DNA of 64,000 bases, taken from a bacterium (GTDB taxonomy: Bacteria > UBP6 > UBA1177 > JAKLFG01). Both the position numbers and the translations under genes were made by a program. This document shows positions 36,801-44,332 of this stretch, piece after piece. The DNA is taken from the NCBI GenBank assembly GCA_022709425.1, contig JAKLIW010000003.1:102293-166292 (forward strand). Direction: 5' to 3'. The notes beneath the pieces were generated by a model. That model did not search any database. It saw only the letters and a list, made by a program, of their open reading frames with translations, and had not been told where the DNA came from. Numbering within the stretch: the first letter of the stretch is position 1; every line of letters starts with the position of its first letter.

Positions 36801-38900
36801 ATCTATCCAATTACTGATGGCATACAGAGTAGGGCAAGGATCGACACAGTTCGGAACACCGTCGTTGTCGGCATCTCCAGAACTACCGCCCATCGGACAT
36901 GGATCACATTCATCAAGTATTCCGTCATTATCAAGGTCGCTGTATTCATAATAAGGAATGTTCTCTTCCACGTCATATCTATGTGGGCATAGGTCGCAGA
37001 CATTGCCCGCACCATCAAGATCATAGTCTTCCTGTGTAGAATTGTAGGTAGAGGGACAATTATCTATTAGGTCGGGCACTCCATCGTAGTCAGTGTCAAT
37101 GCTAACCGCCACCTCGGTATTCCAATCGAAGGTAAGCCTTCCCGTAGCAAGGTCGGCCGAACTTATCAGCCCTATATGCACCTTCTCCATCATCCAATAC
37201 TCCGATAACCTTTGACCCCGTGGCGCATTAATGCATCCGTTGACAGGATTATCTTTATCGCAATTACCGTAGGGACGGAATGAGAAAATGTATCGCGTAG
37301 TTGGATCCAATGTCGGAGACGGAAGCAACAGATATGTATCCTTGCCTTGATCTCTATCGCCATGACTATTGCGAATGATGTAGTAAATATCTTGGAAACC
37401 GTCACCGTTGGTGTCGCCTCCGCGTAGATAACCAACGATGTCAACGATGTGTCCTCTTATTCCAAAGTTATAGATTTGTGGTTGCCCCTGATTGTCGAAA
37501 TCCAAAGCCTCTGGATCAAGATTCCACGAACAGTCTTCCATTTTGTCGATGTTAGGCTTATCAAGACATGCCCCAATGTTTTGACCCGTTTCAGGCACAA
37601 TTTTGTAGTGTGCTTTATCTTGTGCGTGAATAAGCCTAAAATGAATATTGAGATCTTCTATTGATTGCGGCACCGTATTGTCGTGACGCAAATGCTCATT
37701 CCATGGCATCGGAATAATTACAACTCGGCCTCGGTTTATGGTCGTCATTATCTTTCTGTCCACCTCATACCAGTTTACCTGAAGCCTATCGAGAACCCAC
37801 TCGCCATTCGCATCTTTGTGATAGCCGCCGAAGGCTTCGCCTTGATCACCCATAGGATTTCCTCCCCACGGGCAAGCGGCCACACATAATGGGTGTTCGA
37901 GATCAAGATCACATGTAAACCCTTGCGGACAACTTCCGTTGTTGACGCACAATTTTCTCGGATTGTTTTTATCAACACAGTTCGGCCAAATATGGGCCAT
38001 GTACTGTTCGCTGATTTGCATTTCAGCCTTGTAGGCAGGGTAGAATCCCACTATGGGGTATGGAGCTTCCCATGCCGTTTTCACCATACAGGAGGAAGCT
38101 AAATCGTAATATAAGTTGAAATAACAATTCTCATTTGCACAATCGGAAAGATTGCCCGTACATGCAAAATACAGTTCGCTTTCGAAGGCTCCAAGCGATT
38201 GACACTCAGGGATACTTTGATATTTTTCAGCATAATGAGTAGCAGCAAACCCCAGTCGATTCCGCAACTCTTCCAAATAGGCCGTGGGACTATCTTCGCA
38301 TTCTGAAATTTCTGAGAATCCGGATTCTTTCTTCTTTCCTGGAAAGAAAGCATATGGAAATATTCTTTCCGGCAGAGACTTGTGCATTTCTCCTCCGCCC
38401 AAATAATCTTGAGTGTAATAACTTGCTTCTGAAAGATTGGTCGTGATGGGGCGACTCTGATCTTGTCCAATGTGCCGGAAAAGATTGTCGGGGAAACGTT
38501 GATACAACTCAATAGCCAGTAGCGATTCGAGGGAAGCATTTTCGCCGAAATCCCAGCATAGGCCAAAATCTTGTTGATTCCTCACCGGACCAAGAAAATT
38601 TTCGGGGCAGTGAAGAAGCGAGACCATCGCGTACTCACTCCCATTGAGCGACACCTGTAGGGGGAAAAGATCACATTGCTCTGTCACTGTGAGATCGTAG
38701 GGTGTTCGCTGTGGCACGGCGATATCGAACGAGTGTTGTAGGAGGTAAAGATTTTGCAATTCGGGAGACAGAAGAGGAATGGTCTCTTCCCCGTACACAT
38801 GAGTCACGAAGAAGAATATTATCAAGAAAAATCCCTTGGGTATTTTCCTTCCCAAAAGCAAATTGCCAATTCGACCCATGATACGATTAGAACTCTTCAT
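33831..38900 (-). CDS. Giant secreted protein (1689 aa) with thrombospondin type-3-like Ca-binding repeats and beta-propeller (LVIVD-like) repeats
   Basis: Signal peptide. Repeated DxDxDGxxDxxDNCP blocks (DTDYDGVPDLIDNCP, DLDNDGILDECDPCP, DADNDGVPNCVDPCP, DSDTDGIADICDNCP). Propeller-like repeats toward the C-terminus. GC is about 45%, against more than 60% for the flanks. Confidence 0.7.
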   Translation of the reverse strand: MKSSNRIMGRIGNLLLGRKIPKGFFLIIFFFVTHVYGEETIPLLSPELQNLYLLQHSFDIAVPQRTPYDLTVTEQCDLFPLQVSLNGSEYAMVSLLHCPENFLGPVRNQQDFGLCWDFGENASLESLLAIELYQRFPDNLFRHIGQDQSRPITTNLSEASYYTQDYLGGGEMHKSLPERIFPYAFFPGKKKESGFSEISECEDSPTAYLEELRNRLGFAATHYAEKYQSIPECQSLGAFESELYFACTGNLSDCANENCYFNLYYDLASSCMVKTAWEAPYPIVGFYPAYKAEMQISEQYMAHIWPNCVDKNNPRKLCVNNGSCPQGFTCDLDLEHPLCVAACPWGGNPMGDQGEAFGGYHKDANGEWVLDRLQVNWYEVDRKIMTTINRGRVVIIPMPWNEHLRHDNTVPQSIEDLNIHFRLIHAQDKAHYKIVPETGQNIGACLDKPNIDKMEDCSWNLDPEALDFDNQGQPQIYNFGIRGHIVDIVGYLRGGDTNGDGFQDIYYIIRNSHGDRDQGKDTYLLLPSPTLDPTTRYIFSFRPYGNCDKDNPVNGCINAPRGQRLSEYWMMEKVHIGLISSADLATGRLTFDWNTEVAVSIDTDYDGVPDLIDNCPSTYNSTQEDYDLDGAGNVCDLCPHRYDVEENIPYYEYSDLDNDGILDECDPCPMGGSSGDADNDGVPNCVDPCPTLYAISNWIDQFGTPIADSDTDGIADICDNCPQKGNPFVEAEDWNSELIQGECRTGVSYFQNGDLSLPHCTNENEGGARYNKKTFKYGYLKTSPNLFLSFSKWTWQPDHDLDGTGDACDTPKGIGPDNLVGDGWHHTVISSRFVNGSPKNEIVYGGQVQSREINSLVAIDHDSGVISQGAPVYNSIAHPSILRYCWVPQSDYSNRWGTGGYCTTSNESSIHFLFSSDFAYSHGSDPMPLRQGTDPSWQVPTGNNIVSQKGIYEESPDQTHLWDWKPDLEGEYLDLYEEHVANEEPTYNPSLDPFITYAVSGGPQGTVKCTEANDLVDDGEGGKTQNSACFKNDRIFARSTRDSFSGTPLSYAIGMSYAPDQVFIVPPRLPFEITYTMPEATPGYPYADDRFDLWRYNSITQELEKNQRIIPQTNLKFGLQYAGETILFYEHEDERYVELRYQNDARPSDTAYAGSFALPASAHLMSGAILNDRLYVSIGASLYSVQQRDSSALQFTMPTTYTHVLTHVGTLPEVSGAIHLIAAGTKLYTLTHELDGLTLHRFNSATTTFDVIPMVAKPLPRNFVNISTTPDGVIYLLGGFNLYNGIPTPINDVWRYSPSGGLEQLAENLQIDLYKTFTIIDDETIKFITQPQSEETTTSMLTIDRASDVLAERTITIKQKITAPPSYCLNDNDDILEGGTFIGNICTPFTHPWYKQYSIGSTVYSVAGKGDRLYVGTGSAIKVYDISDPNAMVLKSTFTTNKTVYDLEVADGDIMYAATSGGIYKLNTVNPDTLSIIGSFYSTPYNYQYRIQLYNGNLYVGDDNGINIRNPENFARVAYVNIGSTMDFAITNGEIAMYWDDFWSSGIDIRDVDNLATRKAWDYPYCSTGELTTDHGAFYLSCDGYEYRFAGLPNTYIDYTELDGDMREMQENYLYNGWVYIPDGNKVKLSTNNTVPAICGNGIIEPGEFCDGNSEDCAMVDPTQWDSGSAICNSTCTAWDNGDCYDSGC

Positions 38901-39266
38901 GAAGGCTCCCTCTTATTTGGGTAAGAAATACATCGCAAATTACTTTTTTCATCTATTGGGTAAGACCCCTCGCTTGGCGATTGAAGAAACAAAGCCGCAA
39001 TCAAAAACTCCCGTTCCTTGCCCTTTGAGATACCAAAAAACCCATGAAGGATTCAGGGTTTTCCAATATATTTTGTATCCTTCCGTTTTTATTTGGCTAT
39101 ATCTTTCTCTGACTGAGAGTCTGATCTCGCCTTGCTTCGGCAAGAAGACTTGCCCCCGCATCAACCCCATGCAGATACCTTCCGGCTTTTGACTAATTAC
39201 TCCCATATTAGGGATGGTTCCGCAGAAGAAATCAAGTTTTCCGTGAGAGAGGATATTACCGGTTCC

Positions 39267-40028
39267 TCACTTCTTCCCGATGGCCTTCTTCTTGCGCATA
39301 GACTCGCCCTTGATCTCGATGCGGTGAGCCGAATGGACCAGACGGTCGAGGATGGCGTCGGCGATGGTGTGGTCGCCGATCACATCGTGCCACTCCTTGA
39401 CCGGCAGTTGCGAGGTGATGATGGTGGCTTGTTTGCCGTGGCGGTCCTCGAGAAGATCAAGAAGGATCAGGCGTGCCTCACCATCGAGCGGTTGAAGACC
39501 AAAGTCATCGAGAATGAGGAGCTGCTGCTTGGCGATACGGGCGATGGCGCGGGGATAGGAGTTGTCGGCTTTCGACATCTTGAGATCGGCAAGGAGCCGG
39601 TTGGTGTTGGCGTAGAGTACCCGGTACTGCTTGAGGCAGGCATGGTGACCGATCGCCGAGGCGACATAGCTCTTGCCGGCGCCGGTCGCCCCGGTGACGA
39701 TGATGTTCTCGGCCTGATCGATGAATGTGCAGGCGGCCAGACGGGCCAATTGGGTCTTGTCGATGTTGCGGGCGGCCGAGAAGTCGAGTTCGGCCACCAA
39801 TGCCTGATACCGGAACTTCGCCTGCTTGATACGGCGGGCCTGTGTCTTCTGCTGCCGGTACAGCCACTCGGCCTCCACCAACATGTTCACGATCTCGTCG
39901 TTGGTGTAGCGGGCCCGGGTCTCCTGCGCGGTGTTCCATGCGTCGCGCATGCCGAACAGCTTGAGTTCGTTCATCTTAGCGATGGTGGTGCTCATCTGGT
40001 GCCTCCTAGCGGTAATCGTTTCGTACAT
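39267..40028 (-). CDS. istB: IS21-family helper ATPase IstB
   Basis: 253 aa. Walker A NIIVTGATGAGKSY. DnaA/IstB-like AAA. Overlaps the istA stop. Confidence 0.9.
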   Translation of the reverse strand: MYETITARRHQMSTTIAKMNELKLFGMRDAWNTAQETRARYTNDEIVNMLVEAEWLYRQQKTQARRIKQAKFRYQALVAELDFSAARNIDKTQLARLAACTFIDQAENIIVTGATGAGKSYVASAIGHHACLKQYRVLYANTNRLLADLKMSKADNSYPRAIARIAKQQLLILDDFGLQPLDGEARLILLDLLEDRHGKQATIITSQLPVKEWHDVIGDHTIADAILDRLVHSAHRIEIKGESMRKKKAIGKK

Positions 40029-41541
40029 TATGGTGCAACGGCAAGGCGTACTGTGTCGGGGCGGGCGTCAGGCGGTCGAGGTCTTTTTTCAGGATTGACT
40101 CGATGCTGTGGTAGCTGTAGTTGTCGAAGAGGGCGGCCCGCTTGCAGGCATTGTTGAGTCGGTACGGGCCGTACCGGTTCTCCTTGGCCAGAGCGAGAAT
40201 GCCCAAACAGGCGCGAAACGCGATGTGGGGATGCGGTCTGCTCGCTATCAGCGCCTTGAGGTATGCCGCCGTTTCGGGACCGATGGTCGCACCCTTGGCG
40301 ACGATGCGTTCCTCGCTCCATTCGGTGAGTTCGGGTTGGTGTTTCGGCGGGAGGTGGGCCGGGATCAGTTGGTACCGTTCCCCGGTGCGGACATGGTAGG
40401 CGATGCGACGATTGTTGTGGATGACCTCAAGGTGTCGGGCGCTGTAGACGACCTCCACGGTCTTGCCGATATAGGGATAGGGAACGCTGTAAAAGTTCAG
40501 GTCTTCGCTTGCCTGTATGAAACAGAACTTGCTCACCTTCTTCGTCTCGTAGCGCTTCGGTTCATAGCGGTCTATCGGGAGCGGCCTCAGAGTTTCCTTC
40601 TCTCCCGTCTCGAAGAGGTCGCGTCTACTCTCGCTCCTGTTGGTCAGCGGCGCGTCGTTCAGGGCGTCAACGAGTTCTCTGATGCGCCGGTTAAGGGTCT
40701 CAAGGTCGAAGAAGGTCTCATTCCTGAGTAGAGCGTAGACATTCCGGTAGACGATCTTCACCATGTTCTCGACATGGGCTTTGTCCTTGGGAGCGGCGGT
40801 TCTCGTCGGATGCGCCGAGGTGCCGTAGTGGGTACAGAAGTCCTCGAAGGTGCGGTTCAATTCTGGTTCGTACCGGTGCGCCTTGGTGACGGCGCTTTTC
40901 ATGTTGTCGGGTACGATGAGGGAGGGGACCCCGCCCAGGTACTCGAGGGCGTTCTCCAAGCCGTAAAGAAAATGGGCCGTCTTCTGGCTCTGGACCGCCT
41001 CCGCGTAGCCGAGGCCGCTGTAGGGAAGAACGGCGACCAGTACCTCGGCTTCCCATATCTCGCCCGTGTCGCGGTCGACCAGCGGCAGTTTGCCGCCCGC
41101 GAAGTCCACGAACAGCTTGTCGCCCGCCTTGTGCCGGAGGTAAACCGAGCTTTCCATCTGCCGCAGGGCGCGTTTCAGGTGGGCACAGAACTGGGTGTAG
41201 GCGTACCCATCGGCATGGCGTTCCCGGTACTCCACCCACAGGCGTTTCTTGTCCACGCCACGCTTGCCGAGTTCCTTTTCCATGTAGGGGATCTCTTCCA
41301 TGAGCGTCTTGAAGCGTTCCGGTTCCGCCGGACCTTTATAGAAAAGCTCCTCGAGGTCCTCATCGCTGAGTTCGAGCACCTCGGCAAGGGGGAGTTCGCT
41401 CCTGAGGAAGGCTTGGTAGTAGTTGCCGACCGTCGTCTTGCTGACATCAAGTATCCTCGCCACGCTTCGGTCGCTCCGGCCTTCCTCCAATCTCAGTTTC
41501 AGCAGTTTGCGTACTTTCATGCGGTCCTTCCTCCGGTTCAT
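40006..41541 (-). CDS. istA: IS21-family transposase IstA (HTH + DDE)
   Basis: 511 aa. N-terminal HTH (RSVARILDVSKTTVGNYY). Integrase-core region. Typical IstA length and organisation. Confidence 0.9.
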   Translation of the reverse strand: MNRRKDRMKVRKLLKLRLEEGRSDRSVARILDVSKTTVGNYYQAFLRSELPLAEVLELSDEDLEELFYKGPAEPERFKTLMEEIPYMEKELGKRGVDKKRLWVEYRERHADGYAYTQFCAHLKRALRQMESSVYLRHKAGDKLFVDFAGGKLPLVDRDTGEIWEAEVLVAVLPYSGLGYAEAVQSQKTAHFLYGLENALEYLGGVPSLIVPDNMKSAVTKAHRYEPELNRTFEDFCTHYGTSAHPTRTAAPKDKAHVENMVKIVYRNVYALLRNETFFDLETLNRRIRELVDALNDAPLTNRSESRRDLFETGEKETLRPLPIDRYEPKRYETKKVSKFCFIQASEDLNFYSVPYPYIGKTVEVVYSARHLEVIHNNRRIAYHVRTGERYQLIPAHLPPKHQPELTEWSEERIVAKGATIGPETAAYLKALIASRPHPHIAFRACLGILALAKENRYGPYRLNNACKRAALFDNYSYHSIESILKKDLDRLTPAPTQYALPLHHNVRNDYR

Positions 41542-41704
41542 GCATTCCTCCGCCGTTGTTAAAAAGGCGGCGGAAGTCTAGTCCGTTTTTCTTCCTGCGC
41601 TATTTATGCTGTCTGGCTGACCCCTCAGAAGAGGGTGGCCACTTTGACCGAATTACCCGGCCAGTTTGCTCCGAATTGGCCGGTCAGTTTGGACCGAATT
41701 TTCC

Positions 41705-41788
41705 ATGGGGCCTCGGTTCGGGGATGGGGATCTCTTTCAGTTGCAGGACCTCGGGCGGTCCGTATTCGGTGTAGACGACGGCTTTCAT
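41705..41788 (-). pseudogene. 5' fragment (28 codons) of a zinc-type quinone oxidoreductase/MDR-family gene truncated by the IS21 insertion
   Basis: The reverse complement reads RBS GGAG, then ATG AAA GCC GTC GTC TAC ACC GAA TAC GGA CCG CCC GAG GTC CTG CAA CTG AAA GAG... (MKAVVYTEYGPPEVLQLKE), running straight into the IS terminus. Confidence 0.6.
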
Positions 41789-41799
41789 GCGCTCACTCC
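41744..41799 (+). repeat. Repeat A copy 1 (~55 bp: RBS plus the first ~15 codons of the oxidoreductase-like gene)
   Basis: aggacctcgggcggtccgtattcggtgtagacgacggctttcatgcgctcactcc recurs almost identically at 42986-43041. Confidence 0.7.
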
Positions 41800-41869
41800 T
41801 TTGCGGCATAGTTCACACTCGGTCTACCATGGCGGTCGCGCCGGGTGAAGTCAAGAGAAATCGGGCTGG

Positions 41870-41967
41870 CGCATCACCGCGTCTTTCTCACCAAAGGCCA
41901 GTACCGCAAGTTGGAGAAGAAGGGAAATGAAAAGTTGTGTTAATATAGATGTGACCCCGTTTGGCCC
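41870..41967 (+). repeat. Repeat B copy 1 (~95 bp: gcgcatcaccgcgtcttTctcaccaaaggccagtaccgcaagttggagaagaag...tagatgtgaccccgtttggccc)
   Basis: Three copies in the window (41870, 42887, 44153). All have an identical ~50-bp core and a conserved 3' tagatgtgacccc box. Each lies downstream of a minus-strand accessory gene. Confidence 0.75.
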
Positions 41968-41997
41968 TCTACATCCCCAAAGGGCTGACCAGCGTAT

Positions 41998-42759
41998 TCA
42001 TATGTGTTTTCTAGCCCTTACCCAAAGGAATCCTTCTTGGCCGAGCGTATAAGACAAGTTTCCGGTGAGGAAAGGTAGGTATATGTTTTCCGGAGGCCCC
42101 TTCACGGCTACCCGATACGACACTATATCCAGCATATTCAGCAAATTGTTTTTGATGATTTCCTCATTCAATTGCTGAGGTTCACAAGATGTGGCCGGTT
42201 CTTCCAAATTAAAACTACCGATAAACTCTCCCCCCGGTTTCAGAACTCGAACGATTTCATGGCACATGGCGGCGAAATTATCGACATGGTCTATCGCATT
42301 CAAGGTGAACATCACATCAACAGAGTCCGATGGCAGAGGAATAACTTTCTCTGTGGATTTCAAGTAGATCATGCCGTGAGAAATGATGTTGTCCGTGAAC
42401 TCATCGGCATATCTGTCCGCAAGCACATCAATCCCGATCCGCAGAGATGCCTGCTCCGCCCAAACAAGGCTTCCGCGTGGGCCGCAACCGAAATCAGCAA
42501 CGATCTTTCCTTTGAGAAAATCGTCCGTGGATTCCCCTGCTATCGCAAGCATCAATTCCTTATAGTGGGCGTTACGAAACTTGCCTTTGTCGATTTCCAA
42601 TCTGCTTCTCCAAAAGGACAATTCGGCCGCATCCTTTGTAATAAACAACAATTCGACACCATGTCTTCTGGCCATGGCGACGAGGCTCCTTCGTGCCGGG
42701 TGATAGAGCCGTTTCAAGAATTTCGGAGAGATGCGCTTCAGAATATCTCGTAGCGACAT
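41998..42759 (-). CDS. Class I SAM-dependent methyltransferase (Methyltransf_11-like)
   Basis: 253 aa. Motif I IVADFGCGPRGSLV. Post-I acidic residue. LKPGGEFIGSFN. Confidence 0.7.
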   Translation of the reverse strand: MSLRDILKRISPKFLKRLYHPARRSLVAMARRHGVELLFITKDAAELSFWRSRLEIDKGKFRNAHYKELMLAIAGESTDDFLKGKIVADFGCGPRGSLVWAEQASLRIGIDVLADRYADEFTDNIISHGMIYLKSTEKVIPLPSDSVDVMFTLNAIDHVDNFAAMCHEIVRVLKPGGEFIGSFNLEEPATSCEPQQLNEEIIKNNLLNMLDIVSYRVAVKGPPENIYLPFLTGNLSYTLGQEGFLWVRARKHI

Positions 42760-42886
42760 GGGAACTTCCTCTTAAGCGGTGGTATTTCATCCGTCGGCGG
42801 AACGGCCTATGCTAACCGATAGCTCTCCATTAGTCAAGGTCGATCCGGCAACTCTTCTGTCGTCCGGCATCTTGCGTCCCATAATC

Positions 42887-42982
42887 GCATCATCGCGTCT
42901 TCCTCACCAAAGGCCAGTACCGCAAGTTGGAGAAGAAAGGGGAAAAAAGTTGCGTTAATATAGATGTGACCCCGTTTGGCCC
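42887..42982 (+). repeat. Repeat B copy 2
   Basis: cgcatcatcgcgtcttcctcaccaaaggccagtaccgcaagttggagaagaaagg...tagatgtgaccccgtttggcccc. Repeat A copy 2 follows it directly. Confidence 0.75.
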
Positions 42983-42985
42983 CCC

Positions 42986-43041
42986 AGGACATCGGGCGGT
43001 CCGTATTCGGTGTAGACGACGGCTTTCATGCGCTCACTCCT
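42986..43041 (+). repeat. Repeat A copy 2 (a partial duplicate of the oxidoreductase 5' end, fused to the NTase gene stop)
   Basis: caggacatcgggcggtccgtattcggtgtagacgacggctttcatgcgctcactcc. The reverse complement gives MKAVVYTEYGPPDVL and then diverges into repeat B. Confidence 0.7.
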
Positions 43042-43564
43042 TCATTTTACTGAATTCATTGAACTTCGCGGTCATTCCTTCGGCCTTCGACCAGCGTTCT
43101 ATCTCCTTCATATCGACCGGATGGGTCCGCGCCACCATCAGTGCCTGTTCCAGCGACTGCCGGTCGTTCCAGAAATAGAATGCCGCCAGCCGGTCCATCA
43201 CGCAGTAGGTCGGCGTCAGCAGTTTCAGATAGCCGCTCCGCGTCGTTATCTCGTTGAATTCCCGCACCGGTTTGTCTCCCACCGAGAGCGGTGGAGAGGG
43301 AAACTCGACGAACAGTTCGGTGTCGGGGTGGGTGAAGTAGCGCCCTTTGTTCTTCGCGAATCCGATGGCGGCGATTGCCTCTTCGATCTCCTTCATCGAT
43401 GCCGACGAGATGAAATCGAGATCGTTGGAGCGGTAGCGGTTCTCGGTGTAGATGGATACCACCGCGCCGCCGGTCAGCACCGCGTCGATCCCGTTCTTTT
43501 TCAGCGCCCCGCAAACGATGAGCGCCAGATCCTTGATGGTCGTCTTTGCCGTTATCTTTTTCAT
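43034..43564 (-). CDS. Nucleotidyltransferase-fold protein (MNT-like), likely one half of an NTase/HTH pair
   Basis: 176 aa. GGAVVSIYTENRYRSNDLDFI resembles the G[GS]...D.D motif of the minimal NTase fold. 4-nt overlap with the upstream HTH gene. Confidence 0.5.
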   Translation of the reverse strand: MKKITAKTTIKDLALIVCGALKKNGIDAVLTGGAVVSIYTENRYRSNDLDFISSASMKEIEEAIAAIGFAKNKGRYFTHPDTELFVEFPSPPLSVGDKPVREFNEITTRSGYLKLLTPTYCVMDRLAAFYFWNDRQSLEQALMVARTHPVDMKEIERWSKAEGMTAKFNEFSKMKE

Positions 43565-43887
43565 GCCGGTTTTCCTCTGCGGCGCGGCCGCGTCCGGACG
43601 GTGTAGCGTTCCTGTTCCTCCGGCGTCAGGTAGTCGTACGCCTTGGCGAGGAGCGCCTTCAATTCGTTGAGGAACGGATAGCGCGGATTCCAGAGATACA
43701 GGAGCGTCCGTCCTTTTTCGGCGCTGACGAGTATCCCGGCCGTCTCGAACTTCGCCAACTGTTTCTGCACCGGAGCGAGCGCCGTCCCGAAATGCTGGGC
43801 GATGCCCCGCGCATAGCCTTCATCGAAGCGGGAGAGGTACAACAGCACCCGTTCCGCCGTTACGCTGCCGAAGAGAGGAGCCAGCAT
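43561..43887 (-). CDS. Winged-helix (ArsR/MarR-like) DNA-binding protein
   Basis: 108 aa. ERVLLYLSRFDEGYARGIAQHFGTALAPVQKQLAKFETAGILVS is a typical wHTH recognition region. Confidence 0.5.
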   Translation of the reverse strand: MLAPLFGSVTAERVLLYLSRFDEGYARGIAQHFGTALAPVQKQLAKFETAGILVSAEKGRTLLYLWNPRYPFLNELKALLAKAYDYLTPEEQERYTVRTRPRRRGKPA

Positions 43888-44152
43888 TGATGACCTCCGA
43901 AGTAGTTCACATGACCCACAATAACGGTCGTTTGGAAAGAAGTCAAGAGAAAGTTTCTGAGCGGCACTTACTTGATATTCGGCGGCGGTTGTTTTATCAT
44001 GCGCAGGTCATGGCAGGGAGATTCTCATGGTAACGAAAAGAGTAGAGGATGCGAACACGCGGTATTATATCGATCTGGACTTGAGAAAGGGGGTGATCAT
44101 CGGGTGGGATTTCGGTCAGCGGGAGCAGTTGTCTCAGGAACTGCCCGACCCG

Positions 44153-44240
44153 GCGCATCACCGCGTCTTCCTCACCAAAGGTCAGTACCGCAAGTTGGAG
44201 AAGAAGAAATCTATAAAAAATTAGATGTGACCCCAATGGT
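44153..44240 (+). repeat. Repeat B copy 3 (core conserved, with a divergent AT-rich 3' variant)
   Basis: cgcatcaccgcgtcttcctcaccaaaggtcagtaccgcaagttggagaagaag...ttagatgtgaccccaatggtcc. It lies inside the 3' end of a 65-aa ORF (44027..44224). Confidence 0.7.
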
Positions 44241-44332
44241 CCTTCCAATGGTCCATTCGAGGCGGAAAACATAACGACATGGTTTGCGGAATAGAATGTT
44301 CCTCGGTGTTAAACTGATGGAGAGAAAACACT

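Larger units (their letters stand above)
39190..41705 (-). mobile_element. IS21-family insertion sequence (istA + istB). The left end at ~41705 has three direct AATTCGG..AAA..GGCC sub-repeats. The right end is not precisely defined.
   Basis: Overlapping istA/istB gene pair. The terminus on the minus strand begins TGGAAAATTCGGTCCAAACTGACCGGCC with three ~22-bp direct repeats, which is typical IS21 multi-site IR architecture. Confidence 0.8.

Noticed and set aside
39132-40157. 341-aa plus-strand ORF overlapping istB/istA
   Set aside because: It is antisense to a well-supported IS21 istA/istB pair. It has an Arg/Gly-rich low-complexity translation typical of GC-rich shadow ORFs.
44027-44224. 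65-aa ORF (MVTKRVEDANTRYYIDLDLRKGVIIGWDFGQ...) overlapping repeat B copy 3, with a faint DUF2283-like pattern
   Set aside because: The similarity to DUF2283 is loose. The C-terminal half is encoded by the repeat itself and ends in a low-complexity K-rich tail. It could be a real small gene whose 3' end seeded the repeat, but the support is insufficient to call it a CDS.
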